A stretch of 64,000 nucleotides of DNA from Candidatus Hadarchaeum yellowstonense (GTDB lineage: Archaea > Hadarchaeota > Hadarchaeia > Hadarchaeales > Hadarchaeaceae). The notes beneath the pieces are model-generated. The model was given only the letters and a program-made list of their open reading frames with translations. It did no database searches and was not told the DNA's origin. The translations under genes and the position numbers were made by a program. Where the stretch lies: assembly GCA_001515205.2 (NCBI GenBank), contig LQMQ01000007.1:6028-70027 (forward strand). The letters run 5' to 3'. Shown here piece after piece: positions 28,788-38,750 of this stretch (within the stretch, counting starts at the first letter, position 1; every line of letters starts with the position of its first letter).

Positions 28788-29006
28788 AAGGCTTCCCGCC
28801 AGACTTGACCACTGAGTGCCAGATTCTTTAGTACATCCATATCAACTTGGGCACGCCTGGGAAACCATATCCTCCTTTGAATCTCGCCGGCTCCCGTCGG
28901 GCAAAAATCTGCCGACCTTTTACCAAAAGAATCGCGACTAAAGCCTGGCGCTGCCGGACTTCCGTAAAACGTAAAAAGCGAGGTCATAGTTTATAGTGGG
29001 AGGAAA

Positions 29007-29972
29007 ATGGTCAGCCTTGGCAGAAATTTCAAAAACTGCCTGTTAATAGAACACCTTGAGGGGCAGGAAAAATTCGCCTTCATGAAAGGAGAGCTTAGCC
29101 TAACCTCGATTAACCCGGCTGCCCTGAAGGCTAAAAGAAACATCGAAAGACAAATCAAGGTTATTTCGGATCTCGGAATGACCCACCTTGAAATCGAACT
29201 GGATTCCACCGATGCCTATCTGGACTTTGACGCCGAGAGGAGAAAAAAGATCAATGAACTTGCCAGATCAAATGGGCTGACCCTGTCTTTGAATCTCCCC
29301 TCCTCATTCGCTAATGGTGGCGTCTGCTCCCTCAGGGAAGAGGACAGGGAGGCTGCCACCGAAATTCAAAAACGCCACATACAGTTGGCCGCAGACATTG
29401 GCGCCATCCACGTGACCCTACCCCCTGGAAACATCCCACCGGAAAACAGGGTGGAGAATTACCGGGAGATGGCGCACAGCTCCCTTGTCAACAGCTTGCT
29501 GGAGCTGGGAAAATTTGCCAGCGGGCTGGGCCTGAACCTCCACTTGGAGAACAACACCGCCTTTGAAGGGATCTGCTGTGAGATCGACGAATGCCTCGCG
29601 TTGGTAAAGAGGGTCAGGGAACAGGGGGTGCCACTCTACTTTAACTTTGACCTTGGAAACTGGCTAACCAGAGCTGAATTCACGCCACCGCCAGCAGAGC
29701 CGGAAAGTTCCCTTGCGCCAATACCGCCCGATTACATTAAGGAAGTGCGTTTAAGTGACTACATCCCGGGGGAAATGATTCTCCGGCCGCCGCTGCACCT
29801 GGAGTGGGGGATGCTAAAGCATTCAAACCTCAAGCGCTACGCCAGGATGGTAAAAATAAAAAAGGTGGAAACCGTCGTCGTGGAAACGGAGATAAGAAGT
29901 ATTGAACAGGCACTGAATTACAAAGATCTCCTCCGCAACGAGACCGATTATCTAGCTCACCTTTTCCAGTAG
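29007..29972 (+). CDS. Xylose isomerase-like / AP-endonuclease-2 TIM barrel protein, metal ligands degenerate
   Basis: Family pattern GLTLSLNLP...LAADIGA...LHLENN...FNFDLGN...RLSD...VVVE. Confidence 0.75.
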   Translation: MVSLGRNFKNCLLIEHLEGQEKFAFMKGELSLTSINPAALKAKRNIERQIKVISDLGMTHLEIELDSTDAYLDFDAERRKKINELARSNGLTLSLNLPSSFANGGVCSLREEDREAATEIQKRHIQLAADIGAIHVTLPPGNIPPENRVENYREMAHSSLVNSLLELGKFASGLGLNLHLENNTAFEGICCEIDECLALVKRVREQGVPLYFNFDLGNWLTRAEFTPPPAEPESSLAPIPPDYIKEVRLSDYIPGEMILRPPLHLEWGMLKHSNLKRYARMVKIKKVETVVVETEIRSIEQALNYKDLLRNETDYLAHLFQ

Positions 29973-29989
29973 GTCTTCCAGAACCAATC

Positions 29990-30610
29990 CTACTTCAGCA
30001 GTTTGGCAATCTCTTCATCAGAAAGTTCCCGATAACCATTCTTGTCAATGACCGCCACGACCGTCTTGTCGCCAGTGGCTGCATCCCTCTCTATGGCCGT
30101 TTTTATTGACCGCGCTGCCAGCCTAGTACACTCCTCCAGAGACATGTCCTCACGATACATTTGCTCCAAGACACCGTAAGCAATCGTCGAGCCTGTCCCC
30201 GCGCTGGCGAACTTCTCCTCCTCGATTTTCCCACCCACCGGGTCGAGGAAATACAGGCAGGGCCCACTCGGATCTATGCCGGCTATCACCCCGGCGACGA
30301 TGTAAGGAAAGGCCCTTCTTCCGAAAAGAAGGTTTGAAGCCACCTGCACCAGCCCCTTCGTCGATATTGGGCGGCCCTGATTCAGCCGATAAAGGTTGGC
30401 CTCGGCCCTGAGCAGGCTCACGAAGCTCTGAATATCGCCGGAGTTGCCTGAAATCGCGGCGCCGATGAATTCCTCCAGCTTGAAAATTTTAGGAACACGT
30501 TTGCTGATCACCAGATAATACGAGGTTCCCCGGCTGTCTGAAGCGAGGGCGATTCCCTCCTTGCACCTCAGGCCAACGATGGTGCCGGTAAATCCAAACA
30601 TAGCGATCAC
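29990..30610 (-). CDS. psmB: Proteasome beta subunit, probably non-catalytic
   Basis: IVGLRCKEGIALASDSR, KIFKL, AISGNSGD, LDPVG, AGTGS..AYGVLE, ERDAATGD. Confidence 0.92.
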   Translation of the reverse strand: MIAMFGFTGTIVGLRCKEGIALASDSRGTSYYLVISKRVPKIFKLEEFIGAAISGNSGDIQSFVSLLRAEANLYRLNQGRPISTKGLVQVASNLLFGRRAFPYIVAGVIAGIDPSGPCLYFLDPVGGKIEEEKFASAGTGSTIAYGVLEQMYREDMSLEECTRLAARSIKTAIERDAATGDKTVVAVIDKNGYRELSDEEIAKLLK

Positions 30611-30638
30611 AATTTACTAAACCTATGGATTATAATAA

Positions 30639-32159
30639 TTATCGCCTAGCCATAACCGCGGCGAACAAGACCACCGCCGTAACGAGAACACCGAATAAAA
30701 GGAAGATCGTGAGATCCGGTGGTGGTGTGGTTGGCGATGGGGTCAACTCAGGAGATGATGTTGCCGGCGAGGTTGGCTCCCGAGGTGGAGTTGTCAACGT
30801 TGGTGATGAAGTTACCACAGCAGCTATCGTGACCTTATCACTGCTTTTGGAAAGGAAAGCATTGAACCTGCTGTCGGAACTTTCAAAGACTACGCTCGAG
30901 TTCAGTTGCTGGGTGGTGCCATAAGCAGGTTCTTTAACTCTGACGGCAAAGCTGGTGATCCATTGTTCCTGACTGGCGAGAGCCGCCTTTTCCCGTTTAG
31001 TTGTCAAGGCCTCAAACATCGCATTGTCGAGATGCAGCTCAGCAACGAGGTTTCTAACCCCTTCCCTTCCCATGTTTTTCACAGTAAGCATTACCGTCAT
31101 TATTCCATTTTCTAATTGGGGTGACGCCTGCAAAAGAGACTGAAGCAATATTTCAGCTTCTATTGTGCCGGTGGAGTTAACTAGGAGTTCGGTTGGCTGC
31201 CCGGAATAGAACTCAAAGTTCCAGCTAACATGGCCCGGGCTTGGCCAACTAATGCCATCAGGATTTACCGCCTCGTCACCGCCAACCGAAGCTCCAGCGA
31301 TGTGGGTGTAATCCATACGGCCGAATGAACCCACATATCTCGGCCAAACGGCATCTGCCGGTATCCATCCATAATTGGGCAGATAGAAGATCACGTATGC
31401 ATGGCCCAAAACATCTGCGTTCTCTGAAACACCGGCCGGGTTGTAAAGGGGCAAAAACGCATAACCGGAGACAACCTTGGCCGGAATTCCAGCGGCCCTC
31501 AGCAGCGCGACCATCAAGTTGGAAAATTCCGTGCAGTCTCCCCTTCCATTCTGCAGGGCCCAGAGGGCGCCGTGTTCCACGGGCTGTGTCTCATATCGCA
31601 GCAGAGAACCACCACCGGTCTTCTCGACCAGCTGATCAAAAATCTGCCTGGCCTTCTGGTAAAAGTTATTCGTGTTTTCGGTGAACCGCTGCGCCAAGAG
31701 CCGGATTTCCGGGTCATCGCTTTCCCACAGACCCGCCACCGGCTGAGTGTAGATAAGCAATTCCTGTGGAATCTCGGTTCCCACCTTCTCGGGGTCAACC
31801 TCCAAATCAACTGCCCCCACCTTCAAAACCTGGACAACTTCTACCACCTTTGTCTCCCCCGGGGCCAGATCTCCCAGCGCTATCTTTGTCCACCGGTTGT
31901 CCTCGGTCTCCACTATCTCAGGAAAAATCTCCTCACCATCAAGAGTTATCCTCTCGCTGATGACCTCCTGATTACCCCAGCCTGAAACCCTGCCGAAGAG
32001 ATATACTCCCACGTTGACGTTGACGGCCTCATTCTGCCCCGTGTTCTGGACTCGATAGGTCATTTTGATGGTGTAGACTGCGGCTTCCTGGGGCTGAGCA
32101 CTGGCGAGGGGCGCCGAAAGCAGCAGCAGAAAAACGACCAACAGCAGCAATTTCTTCAT
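30639..32159 (-). CDS. Secreted, membrane-anchored transglutaminase-like domain protein
   Basis: Signal peptide MKKLLLL...ASA; triad GDCTEFS / GHAY / WIPAD; Thr/Pro/Ser linker; C-terminal TM plus RR. Confidence 0.88.
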   Translation of the reverse strand: MKKLLLLVVFLLLLSAPLASAQPQEAAVYTIKMTYRVQNTGQNEAVNVNVGVYLFGRVSGWGNQEVISERITLDGEEIFPEIVETEDNRWTKIALGDLAPGETKVVEVVQVLKVGAVDLEVDPEKVGTEIPQELLIYTQPVAGLWESDDPEIRLLAQRFTENTNNFYQKARQIFDQLVEKTGGGSLLRYETQPVEHGALWALQNGRGDCTEFSNLMVALLRAAGIPAKVVSGYAFLPLYNPAGVSENADVLGHAYVIFYLPNYGWIPADAVWPRYVGSFGRMDYTHIAGASVGGDEAVNPDGISWPSPGHVSWNFEFYSGQPTELLVNSTGTIEAEILLQSLLQASPQLENGIMTVMLTVKNMGREGVRNLVAELHLDNAMFEALTTKREKAALASQEQWITSFAVRVKEPAYGTTQQLNSSVVFESSDSRFNAFLSKSSDKVTIAAVVTSSPTLTTPPREPTSPATSSPELTPSPTTPPPDLTIFLLFGVLVTAVVLFAAVMARR

Positions 32160-32262
32160 AGCCACCAGAAAACTTTGACCCACATCATTAAAAGATCTCC
32201 AGCTTACCCCGCCCTGTTTTATCCCTTATTAAAACCTCTCCCGCAAAGCAGCGGCGGGGAAA

Positions 32263-32931
32263 ATGTCTGAAAAGGCGACAATCAAATTGAGCTTGATCTG
32301 TTCTTTGGTCGGTCTGGTCACCATATATGCGGCCGCCATGTTGGCCCGTCCCAAAGTCACCCCAATTGCCAGCCTGAACAATGGCTTCGTCGGCCTCAGG
32401 GTCTTAGTATCGGGACAGGTGATAGACTACCGCGAACATGAAGAGGGCCACCTTTTTCTGAAGTTGAAGGACTCCTCCGGTGGGGTGATCAGCGTGCCCA
32501 TATTCTCCAGAACCCGCACCCAGATGGAAGAATCAATTGAACTGCTGGATGTGGTTGAGGTCAACGGAGAAGTAACGGTCTACCAGGGTGAACTCGAAGT
32601 GATCCCGGGAGGAGCCAAGGACATTAAAGTTATCCACGTGGCGCCGGTGTCATTGTCCAGCATTACTGAGGAAAACGTGGGCATGCCGGTCAAGGTTCAG
32701 GGGGTAATATCAAAACGGGAAATCGTCGGGGGTGGCAACATTCTTCTGACCTTGCAGGAGGATGGAGGCCAGCTGCAGATATTCATCCCATCTTGGATAG
32801 CTGAAAACGGCCTGCCCGAGATGCACGTGGGCGACACCATCCGGGCAGACGGCTGGATTCAACTCTATAACGGAAAAATAGAGCTAAAGCTAACCAGTGC
32901 TTCACACCTGCACCTAGTCGAGGATGGCTAG
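32263..32931 (+). CDS. Membrane-anchored protein with two OB-fold nucleic-acid-binding domains
   Basis: N-terminal TM; two repeats of V.V.G.V...HLF/LL.L.D..G.I...IF...GE/W...Y.G.LE. Confidence 0.8.
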   Translation: MSEKATIKLSLICSLVGLVTIYAAAMLARPKVTPIASLNNGFVGLRVLVSGQVIDYREHEEGHLFLKLKDSSGGVISVPIFSRTRTQMEESIELLDVVEVNGEVTVYQGELEVIPGGAKDIKVIHVAPVSLSSITEENVGMPVKVQGVISKREIVGGGNILLTLQEDGGQLQIFIPSWIAENGLPEMHVGDTIRADGWIQLYNGKIELKLTSASHLHLVEDG

Positions 32932-34158
32932 ATGCTGGAGGTGCTCGTCTACGCCCTGGCGGGTGTGGTTTTAGGGACAGTGACTGGACTGATTCCGGGC
33001 CTACACGTCAACAATTTAACTCCCATCTTGATCGCGCTGGCCGCCGCTGCTTCAACGGGCATGGTGGCCCTGATAGTCGCCATGTCGATCACAAACGTTT
33101 TCACCAGCTACATCCCGGCGACTTTCTTGGCCGCACCGGAAGAAGGCACAGAACTGTCCGTGCTACCAGCCCACCGGCTTCTCCTTGAAGGGCGAGGATA
33201 CCAAGCGATCAGATTTTCGGCGATCGGTTGTCTGAGCGGCGTGATGGTGGCAGCGGCATTATCACTGCCGTTCACCGCGATCATAGCCCCGGCCTATGAG
33301 TTGATCCGCCCTCAGATGCACTGGCTGCTGATCGCCATCGCCGCGATAATGATTTTGTTGGAAAGATCATTGGAGAAGATCATCTGGGCGGTGGTGGTTT
33401 TTCTGCTGTCCGGTTTTCTTGGTCTGCTGTCGCTCGGAACCAACCTTATGCCTGCTGACGCTGCTCTCTTACCGCTTCTTTCAGGTCTTTTCGGCGCTAG
33501 CGTGCTTTTGCCCAGCATCGCACATTGCAGCACCATCCCAGAACAGCACCTGGACGAGGAACCGGTAGACATTCGTGCCTGCATCAGGCCCATCTGTGCT
33601 GGAACCGCGGCGGGGGCCTTCACGGGGATTGTGCCGAGCATCGGGCCATCGCAGGGGACCGTCCTGGCTCAATTGATTACCCGCTCACGGGGCACGGAGG
33701 AATTTCTGATCTCCGTGAGCAGCGTGAACATATCCAAGGCCATTTTCTCATTCATCGCCATCTTTGCGATTGGGAGGGCCAGAAGCGGTGCTGCCGTCGC
33801 CGTCGGCAAAATAATGGATGCCAGCAGTGTTAATCCGCCCTTGATAATCGGCGTGGCTTTGTTTGCCGGGGGGATTGCCGCCATCCTGCAGCTATCGCTG
33901 GGGCGGCTCGCCGCGAAGCATATGGACCGGTTCCCCTACCGCTGGCTCTGTCTCGCCGTTCTCGCTTTTATGGTGATATTCACCCTTTATTGCTCTGGCC
34001 TGGCGGGTATCATCGTGCTGGCGACCGCCACGGCCTTGGGGATCTTGCCAGCCGCGGCCAATATCAAGAGAACACATGCCATGGGGGTGCTCATGTTTCC
34101 CTGCATACTCTTCTTCGCCGGAATAAGAGAAAGTGTTTTAACAGCTCTTGGTCTGTAA
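32932..34158 (+). CDS. TctA/DUF112 family polytopic membrane protein
   Basis: GTVTGLIPGLHVN, IPATFLAAP, SVLPAHRLLLEGRG, RARSGA; about 11-12 TM segments. Confidence 0.88.
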   Translation: MLEVLVYALAGVVLGTVTGLIPGLHVNNLTPILIALAAAASTGMVALIVAMSITNVFTSYIPATFLAAPEEGTELSVLPAHRLLLEGRGYQAIRFSAIGCLSGVMVAAALSLPFTAIIAPAYELIRPQMHWLLIAIAAIMILLERSLEKIIWAVVVFLLSGFLGLLSLGTNLMPADAALLPLLSGLFGASVLLPSIAHCSTIPEQHLDEEPVDIRACIRPICAGTAAGAFTGIVPSIGPSQGTVLAQLITRSRGTEEFLISVSSVNISKAIFSFIAIFAIGRARSGAAVAVGKIMDASSVNPPLIIGVALFAGGIAAILQLSLGRLAAKHMDRFPYRWLCLAVLAFMVIFTLYCSGLAGIIVLATATALGILPAAANIKRTHAMGVLMFPCILFFAGIRESVLTALGL

Positions 34159-34200
34159 AAACATCCGGCGGCAAATCCAGTTTTAGGGATTGTTAAAGTA

Positions 34201-34659
34201 TTAGCCTTCCAGCTCCCCGATGTGAATTGTTTCCCAGGTCACTTTTCCCTGCTCAATGACTTCCTTGAGCTTCCTCTCCAGCGGGGTAAGGGCCGCGTTC
34301 TTGCCAGTTTTAACATCAACGAAAGTAACGCCCCTCGGCTCTCCTTCCTTGTACCCGTCAAACACCACATAATCAACGGGAGAGCCCAAGAACCTGGCAT
34401 CGGCGGGCTCATGCCGGAACAGGGGCAGAAGCGGCGCCAGCTGCTCACCTATCTTGCCCTTCAGTATGGCACGGCTTTTTTCCAGAACTTCCTGCCGGAT
34501 CCTTTCCTCGAACTCAAGTTTCCAGCGTTCAAGCTGGGCGGCCAATTGTCCCCGCAGGTAGAGATAACACAGCACTATTCCCAGCAGCATCCCCAAGATG
34601 AAAATTATTATTTCCAGTATCCGATCACCCCCCAGTAACGGATGCACCCAGAATTTCAA
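34201..34659 (-). CDS. Holliday junction resolvase-like PD-(D/E)xK endonuclease with N-terminal TM
   Basis: SRAILKGKIGEQLAP, DARFLGSPVDYVVFDG, FVDVKTG. Confidence 0.88.
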   Translation of the reverse strand: MKFWVHPLLGGDRILEIIIFILGMLLGIVLCYLYLRGQLAAQLERWKLEFEERIRQEVLEKSRAILKGKIGEQLAPLLPLFRHEPADARFLGSPVDYVVFDGYKEGEPRGVTFVDVKTGKNAALTPLERKLKEVIEQGKVTWETIHIGELEG

Positions 34660-34749
34660 TAACTTTTTCGCTGGAAGTCAAGCCGCGACAGGTTATTAAA
34701 GGGGCGCTCAAATAGGTTGTTGAACCAAAGAGACGACCGGAGGGCGAAA

Positions 34750-35403
34750 ATGAACCTAATAATTCTGGGAGCACCTGGCTCCGGAAAAGGTACCCAAACA
34801 ACAAGGCTGAAAGCCAAATTGAACATCCCGGCCATTTCCACCGGCGATATATTCCGGAAGGAGATCAAGGAGGAAACTGAACTTGGTAAAAGAATTAAAA
34901 AATATCTGGACAGCGGCCAGCTAGTCCCCGATGAAATTGTGATTGATGTTATCAAGGAAAGGATTAAACAACCCGATTGCAAAAACGGTTTCATCCTGGA
35001 TGGGTTTCCCCGGACGCTGGAACAAGCGAAAGCACTGGACAAAATTGTGAAGATAGATGCCTGCATCAACCTCTCGGTGCCGAAGGAAATCATCGTGAAA
35101 CGGCTTTCGGCGAGAAGGACCTGCAAGAACTGCGGTGAAATCTACAACCTGCTAGTCCTGAAGCCGAAGGTCGACGGCGTCTGCGACAAATGCGGTGGAC
35201 CACTTTTCCAGCGAGACGACGACAGGGAATCTGTCATCGAGGAGAGATTTCGGGTATACGAAAGGCAGACCGAGCCCTTGTTGAAGTACTACGAAAGCAG
35301 AGTCCCGGTGATAACGGTCACCTGCAACTCCGTGGACGCTCCCCCGGAACTGATAACGGAGCAGATCATCAATGGCTTGAAGAGGTTAAAGCTGATAGAC
35401 TAG
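34750..35403 (+). CDS. adk: Adenylate kinase, bacterial-type with Zn-binding lid
   Basis: GAPGSGKGT, ISTGDIFR, LVPDE, LDGFPRT, CKNC/CDKC lid, QRDDD. Confidence 0.95.
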   Translation: MNLIILGAPGSGKGTQTTRLKAKLNIPAISTGDIFRKEIKEETELGKRIKKYLDSGQLVPDEIVIDVIKERIKQPDCKNGFILDGFPRTLEQAKALDKIVKIDACINLSVPKEIIVKRLSARRTCKNCGEIYNLLVLKPKVDGVCDKCGGPLFQRDDDRESVIEERFRVYERQTEPLLKYYESRVPVITVTCNSVDAPPELITEQIINGLKRLKLID

Positions 35404-35404
35404 T

Positions 35405-36262
35405 TTACAACGATAACAGGATCAATCCCGTCAAAACTGCTGCGATGCCTATCTTTTGATTTATTTCCACCAATTCGTGAAAAAATATCCGCGCCAGCAT
35501 GATGGTAACCATGGGAAAAGAGGCGGCGACCGGAGCCACGACAGCCGTGAATTCCGACGCCACTCCCGCCCCATAAGCCAAGAAAGCGGCTGCCTCCAAA
35601 CCACCAACGACAAGGACCATTCTTGCGACGCTTTTGGGGAATGAAACCTCTTTCCCGGCCATTCTTGAGTACGACGCTAAACTGAATACCGTAACTGCCT
35701 TTACTGAAAAAATGGGCAAAAACCAGCCGAGTTCGGCCACAAGCTGGTCAATGAAGACATAGTGCAAACCCCAAGCCAGCATGGATACAGCCGCAAACTT
35801 TGCCCCGGCGGCGAGATTTCGCAACCTGAGCCTCAACAGATCATGCAATTTGAAGGATGTTAGAAAAACCCCCGATATCGTCAGAACAACGCCGGCGGCC
35901 TGCAGGGAGGTCAGGCTCTCCTCAAGAAAAATCAAGCTCAGAATAACCGTGACCACTACCCATGAAGCCGAGATCGGGCTGACTATCGAGACCTTCCCCA
36001 GCTGCAGGCCCCTGTAAAAGGCCAGGCAGGCGACCACGTTAAGAAGGCCCGTGATCAGAATGAGGGCGACCGTGGAGGGAGATGGCATGAAAGCTCCCAG
36101 CGATACCAGTACCAGAAATAAAAATGAAAGACCGATCGTCTGCCCCCAGAAAAGGGTTTTGAACACCCCCACCTTTCTAATTGCCTTCGCGGCAAAGTAA
36201 TCCGCAGTACCCCAGCAGAGCATTGCCACTAGACCCAACGCAATACCTGGCGAAACATCCAT
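35405..36262 (-). CDS. EamA/DMT family transporter
   Basis: Two 5-TM repeats; WGTADY, GKVSIVSPI, LEESL, FHELV. Confidence 0.88.
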   Translation of the reverse strand: MDVSPGIALGLVAMLCWGTADYFAAKAIRKVGVFKTLFWGQTIGLSFLFLVLVSLGAFMPSPSTVALILITGLLNVVACLAFYRGLQLGKVSIVSPISASWVVVTVILSLIFLEESLTSLQAAGVVLTISGVFLTSFKLHDLLRLRLRNLAAGAKFAAVSMLAWGLHYVFIDQLVAELGWFLPIFSVKAVTVFSLASYSRMAGKEVSFPKSVARMVLVVGGLEAAAFLAYGAGVASEFTAVVAPVAASFPMVTIMLARIFFHELVEINQKIGIAAVLTGLILLSL

Positions 36263-36380
36263 GGGTTCACCCGATTTTAATGCGTATTTACCCAAATATT
36301 TGCTTCAGCTACTGCTTATCACAACACCGATGGCGATCCTCGCCAAGCCTTTTACAAACTGCTGATCAATAATCGGTTGT

Positions 36381-38291
36381 ATGGAAAAGGTTGAACTGGT
36401 GCTGCCCGCAGGAAACGAACTTTGCCTCCGGGCTGCGGTGAAAAACGGTGCTGACGCAGTGTACTTCGGCTTGGACAAATTCAACGCAAGAATTTTGGCG
36501 GAAAACTTTAACGAAAGAAATGTCTTCGGCGCCATCCGCCACTGCCACAACAATAACGTCAGGGCCTATGTCGCTTTCAACACTTTGGTGAAAAACGATG
36601 AACTCAGGGAATACTTCAGGTTAATAAACGTCGCCTACTCTGCCGATGCCGATGCCATCATTATCCAAGACCCATGCTTCATTCCCCTGATCAAGCAGAA
36701 CTTCCCTGATCTGAAGATACACCTCTCCACTCAGGCGACGATCGTCAACAGCCACTCCGTACCAGATGGCGTCGAACGAGTTATACTTGCGAGAGAGCTG
36801 AGTTACGATGAGATAAAGGCCCTGGCACAAAAATTCCCCACCGAGGTGTTCGTCCATGGTGCCCTGTGTTTCAGCTACAGTGGGCTCTGCTTATTCTCCT
36901 CAATTGCCGGGGGCAGAAGCGGAAATCGGGGGATGTGCGCCCAGCCATGTCGGAAGAAGTATAACAACCAATATCCGCTGAGCACCATGGATCTCTGCCT
37001 CTTGCCCAAGCTGCCAGAGCTAATTAAAGCCGGGGTTGTTGCCCTGAAGGTGGAAGGCAGGCTGAGGGGCCCTCTTTATGTGGCCACCGTGGGGCGCATC
37101 TACCGAAAATACATTGACGCCTATTATCGAGGGGAATTCAACATTGACCAGAAGGACATTGAAGAGCTCATGGTGGTCTTCAACAGGGGTTTCACCACCG
37201 GATTTGCTTTTGGCGACAACGTTGTGGACCCTAAGAAGCCCATGAATCGAGGGCTGTTCCTGGGCGAACTCAGGGGCGGCAAGTTAAAGCTTAGATCAGG
37301 GTTGAAAGTTGGAGATGGCGTGGCCCTTTGGGTTGGTGATGACATCAAGGGTTACACGGTAAGGAAAATCTTAAAGGATGGGGTGGAAGTAAAAGAGGCC
37401 TTTGCCGGAGATGAAGTTGAGATAAACACCTACGGCGCGGGCGACGGTACCCCTGTTTACAAGACCTCTTCTGTTGACATGAAGTTGGAACTGGGGGAGG
37501 AAATAAAACCAGTAAAGGGTGTGATTAGAAGGACTGAAATCAGGCTGCCGGATTTCAAAGTCGTTGAGAACACCTCGGAAGTCAAAATTTTTGCCAAGAC
37601 CTACGACAAAAATGAGGCACTAGCCGCCGACAGGGCTGGAGCCGATGTGATCTACTACGATGTCCTAAAGGAAGACAGCCTGGAGGTGAAAGATCGGCTC
37701 AAGCGTTCAAGATTTTTTGTCTACACCCCGAGGATACTTTCAGACAAACAGCTGGTCGAGGTCGCTGAAAAAATAAAAGAGATAAAGCCTGACGGTGCCT
37801 TGGTGGGGAACCGGGGCTTGCTGAAGCTATTAAATGGAGTCACCATTCACCTAGATTATTCCTTCAACTGCTTCAACGACATCGACCTGAACTGTTATCC
37901 CGGCATCCCCATCATCTCGCCAGAGCTAAATTTTGAGGAGACAATTTCCCTCAAAAATAAGCGCTTCATCGTGATGATCCACGGGGACATAATTTTGATG
38001 ACCAGCAAGCAGAAATTAAAGGCCAAGGAGTTGATCGATGAAGAGGGCAGACGTTTCCGAGTCAGAGACAACCATGGTTTAACGGAGATCCTCAACGCAA
38101 GCCAGCTGGGGCTATTTAACAAGGCCCGCGATTACGTCAGAGCTGGCATAAAATATTTTTACATCGATGTCGAGAAAAACGCTGCTCGTTGGATCCGCAT
38201 TTATCGAAAAATACTAAATTTTGAACCATTCGATGACAGAGAAATAAAGAAGGGCTATACCACGGGTCACTTCAACCGAGGGGTATATTGA
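36381..38291 (+). CDS. U32 family (RlhA/TrhP-like FeS RNA hydroxylase) protein
   Basis: ELVLPAG, GADAVYFG, HLSTQ, LAREL, HGALCFSYSGLC...RGMCAQPCR, KVEGR. Confidence 0.9.
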   Translation: MEKVELVLPAGNELCLRAAVKNGADAVYFGLDKFNARILAENFNERNVFGAIRHCHNNNVRAYVAFNTLVKNDELREYFRLINVAYSADADAIIIQDPCFIPLIKQNFPDLKIHLSTQATIVNSHSVPDGVERVILARELSYDEIKALAQKFPTEVFVHGALCFSYSGLCLFSSIAGGRSGNRGMCAQPCRKKYNNQYPLSTMDLCLLPKLPELIKAGVVALKVEGRLRGPLYVATVGRIYRKYIDAYYRGEFNIDQKDIEELMVVFNRGFTTGFAFGDNVVDPKKPMNRGLFLGELRGGKLKLRSGLKVGDGVALWVGDDIKGYTVRKILKDGVEVKEAFAGDEVEINTYGAGDGTPVYKTSSVDMKLELGEEIKPVKGVIRRTEIRLPDFKVVENTSEVKIFAKTYDKNEALAADRAGADVIYYDVLKEDSLEVKDRLKRSRFFVYTPRILSDKQLVEVAEKIKEIKPDGALVGNRGLLKLLNGVTIHLDYSFNCFNDIDLNCYPGIPIISPELNFEETISLKNKRFIVMIHGDIILMTSKQKLKAKELIDEEGRRFRVRDNHGLTEILNASQLGLFNKARDYVRAGIKYFYIDVEKNAARWIRIYRKILNFEPFDDREIKKGYTTGHFNRGVY

Positions 38292-38319
38292 TGACAAAAG
38301 CGCTCATCATTTGACTAAA

Positions 38320-38688
38320 TTATTTTGACCGCGATTTCATGGCGCGGCGGAGGTAAATTGCAGAGACAACGACCAGCGTCGCTCCAATGATGGCAAACGC
38401 CACCCTGTCGGTCAAAGCGAGTATTCTAAAGCCAGCTTGCCAGAGCAATCCTGCGCCCAATGCCACCAGAATAGGGATGTAGGTTGTCGAGGGATTGCCG
38501 CCGAAGCTTTTTTTCAAACTATCGCCGATGAGCGGCAGATAGGATATCGTAAAAACAATACCGACAACCAGCATGGCCAGATCTGTCCAAAATGAACTGG
38601 CGTAAAGCTTGGACCCCTCGAGCATTAAAAAGACCCCGGCTACCAGAAGAATTATCGCTAACGCCGGCCTTTTCAACCGAAGCACCAC
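38320..38688 (-). CDS. Hypothetical 4-TM membrane protein
   Basis: 122 aa with four hydrophobic segments; fills the gap between genes. Confidence 0.65.
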   Translation of the reverse strand: MVLRLKRPALAIILLVAGVFLMLEGSKLYASSFWTDLAMLVVGIVFTISYLPLIGDSLKKSFGGNPSTTYIPILVALGAGLLWQAGFRILALTDRVAFAIIGATLVVVSAIYLRRAMKSRSK

Positions 38689-38750
38689 AATTGACTCTGA
38701 ATCTATCTATTTAAAGTTGAAATTAAACCCTCCTGATTGGTCGTGCGAAG

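Noticed and set aside
30700..30820. Low-complexity repeat-like stretch
   Set aside because: It encodes the Thr/Pro/Ser linker of the surface transglutaminase-like protein; it is not a DNA repeat element.
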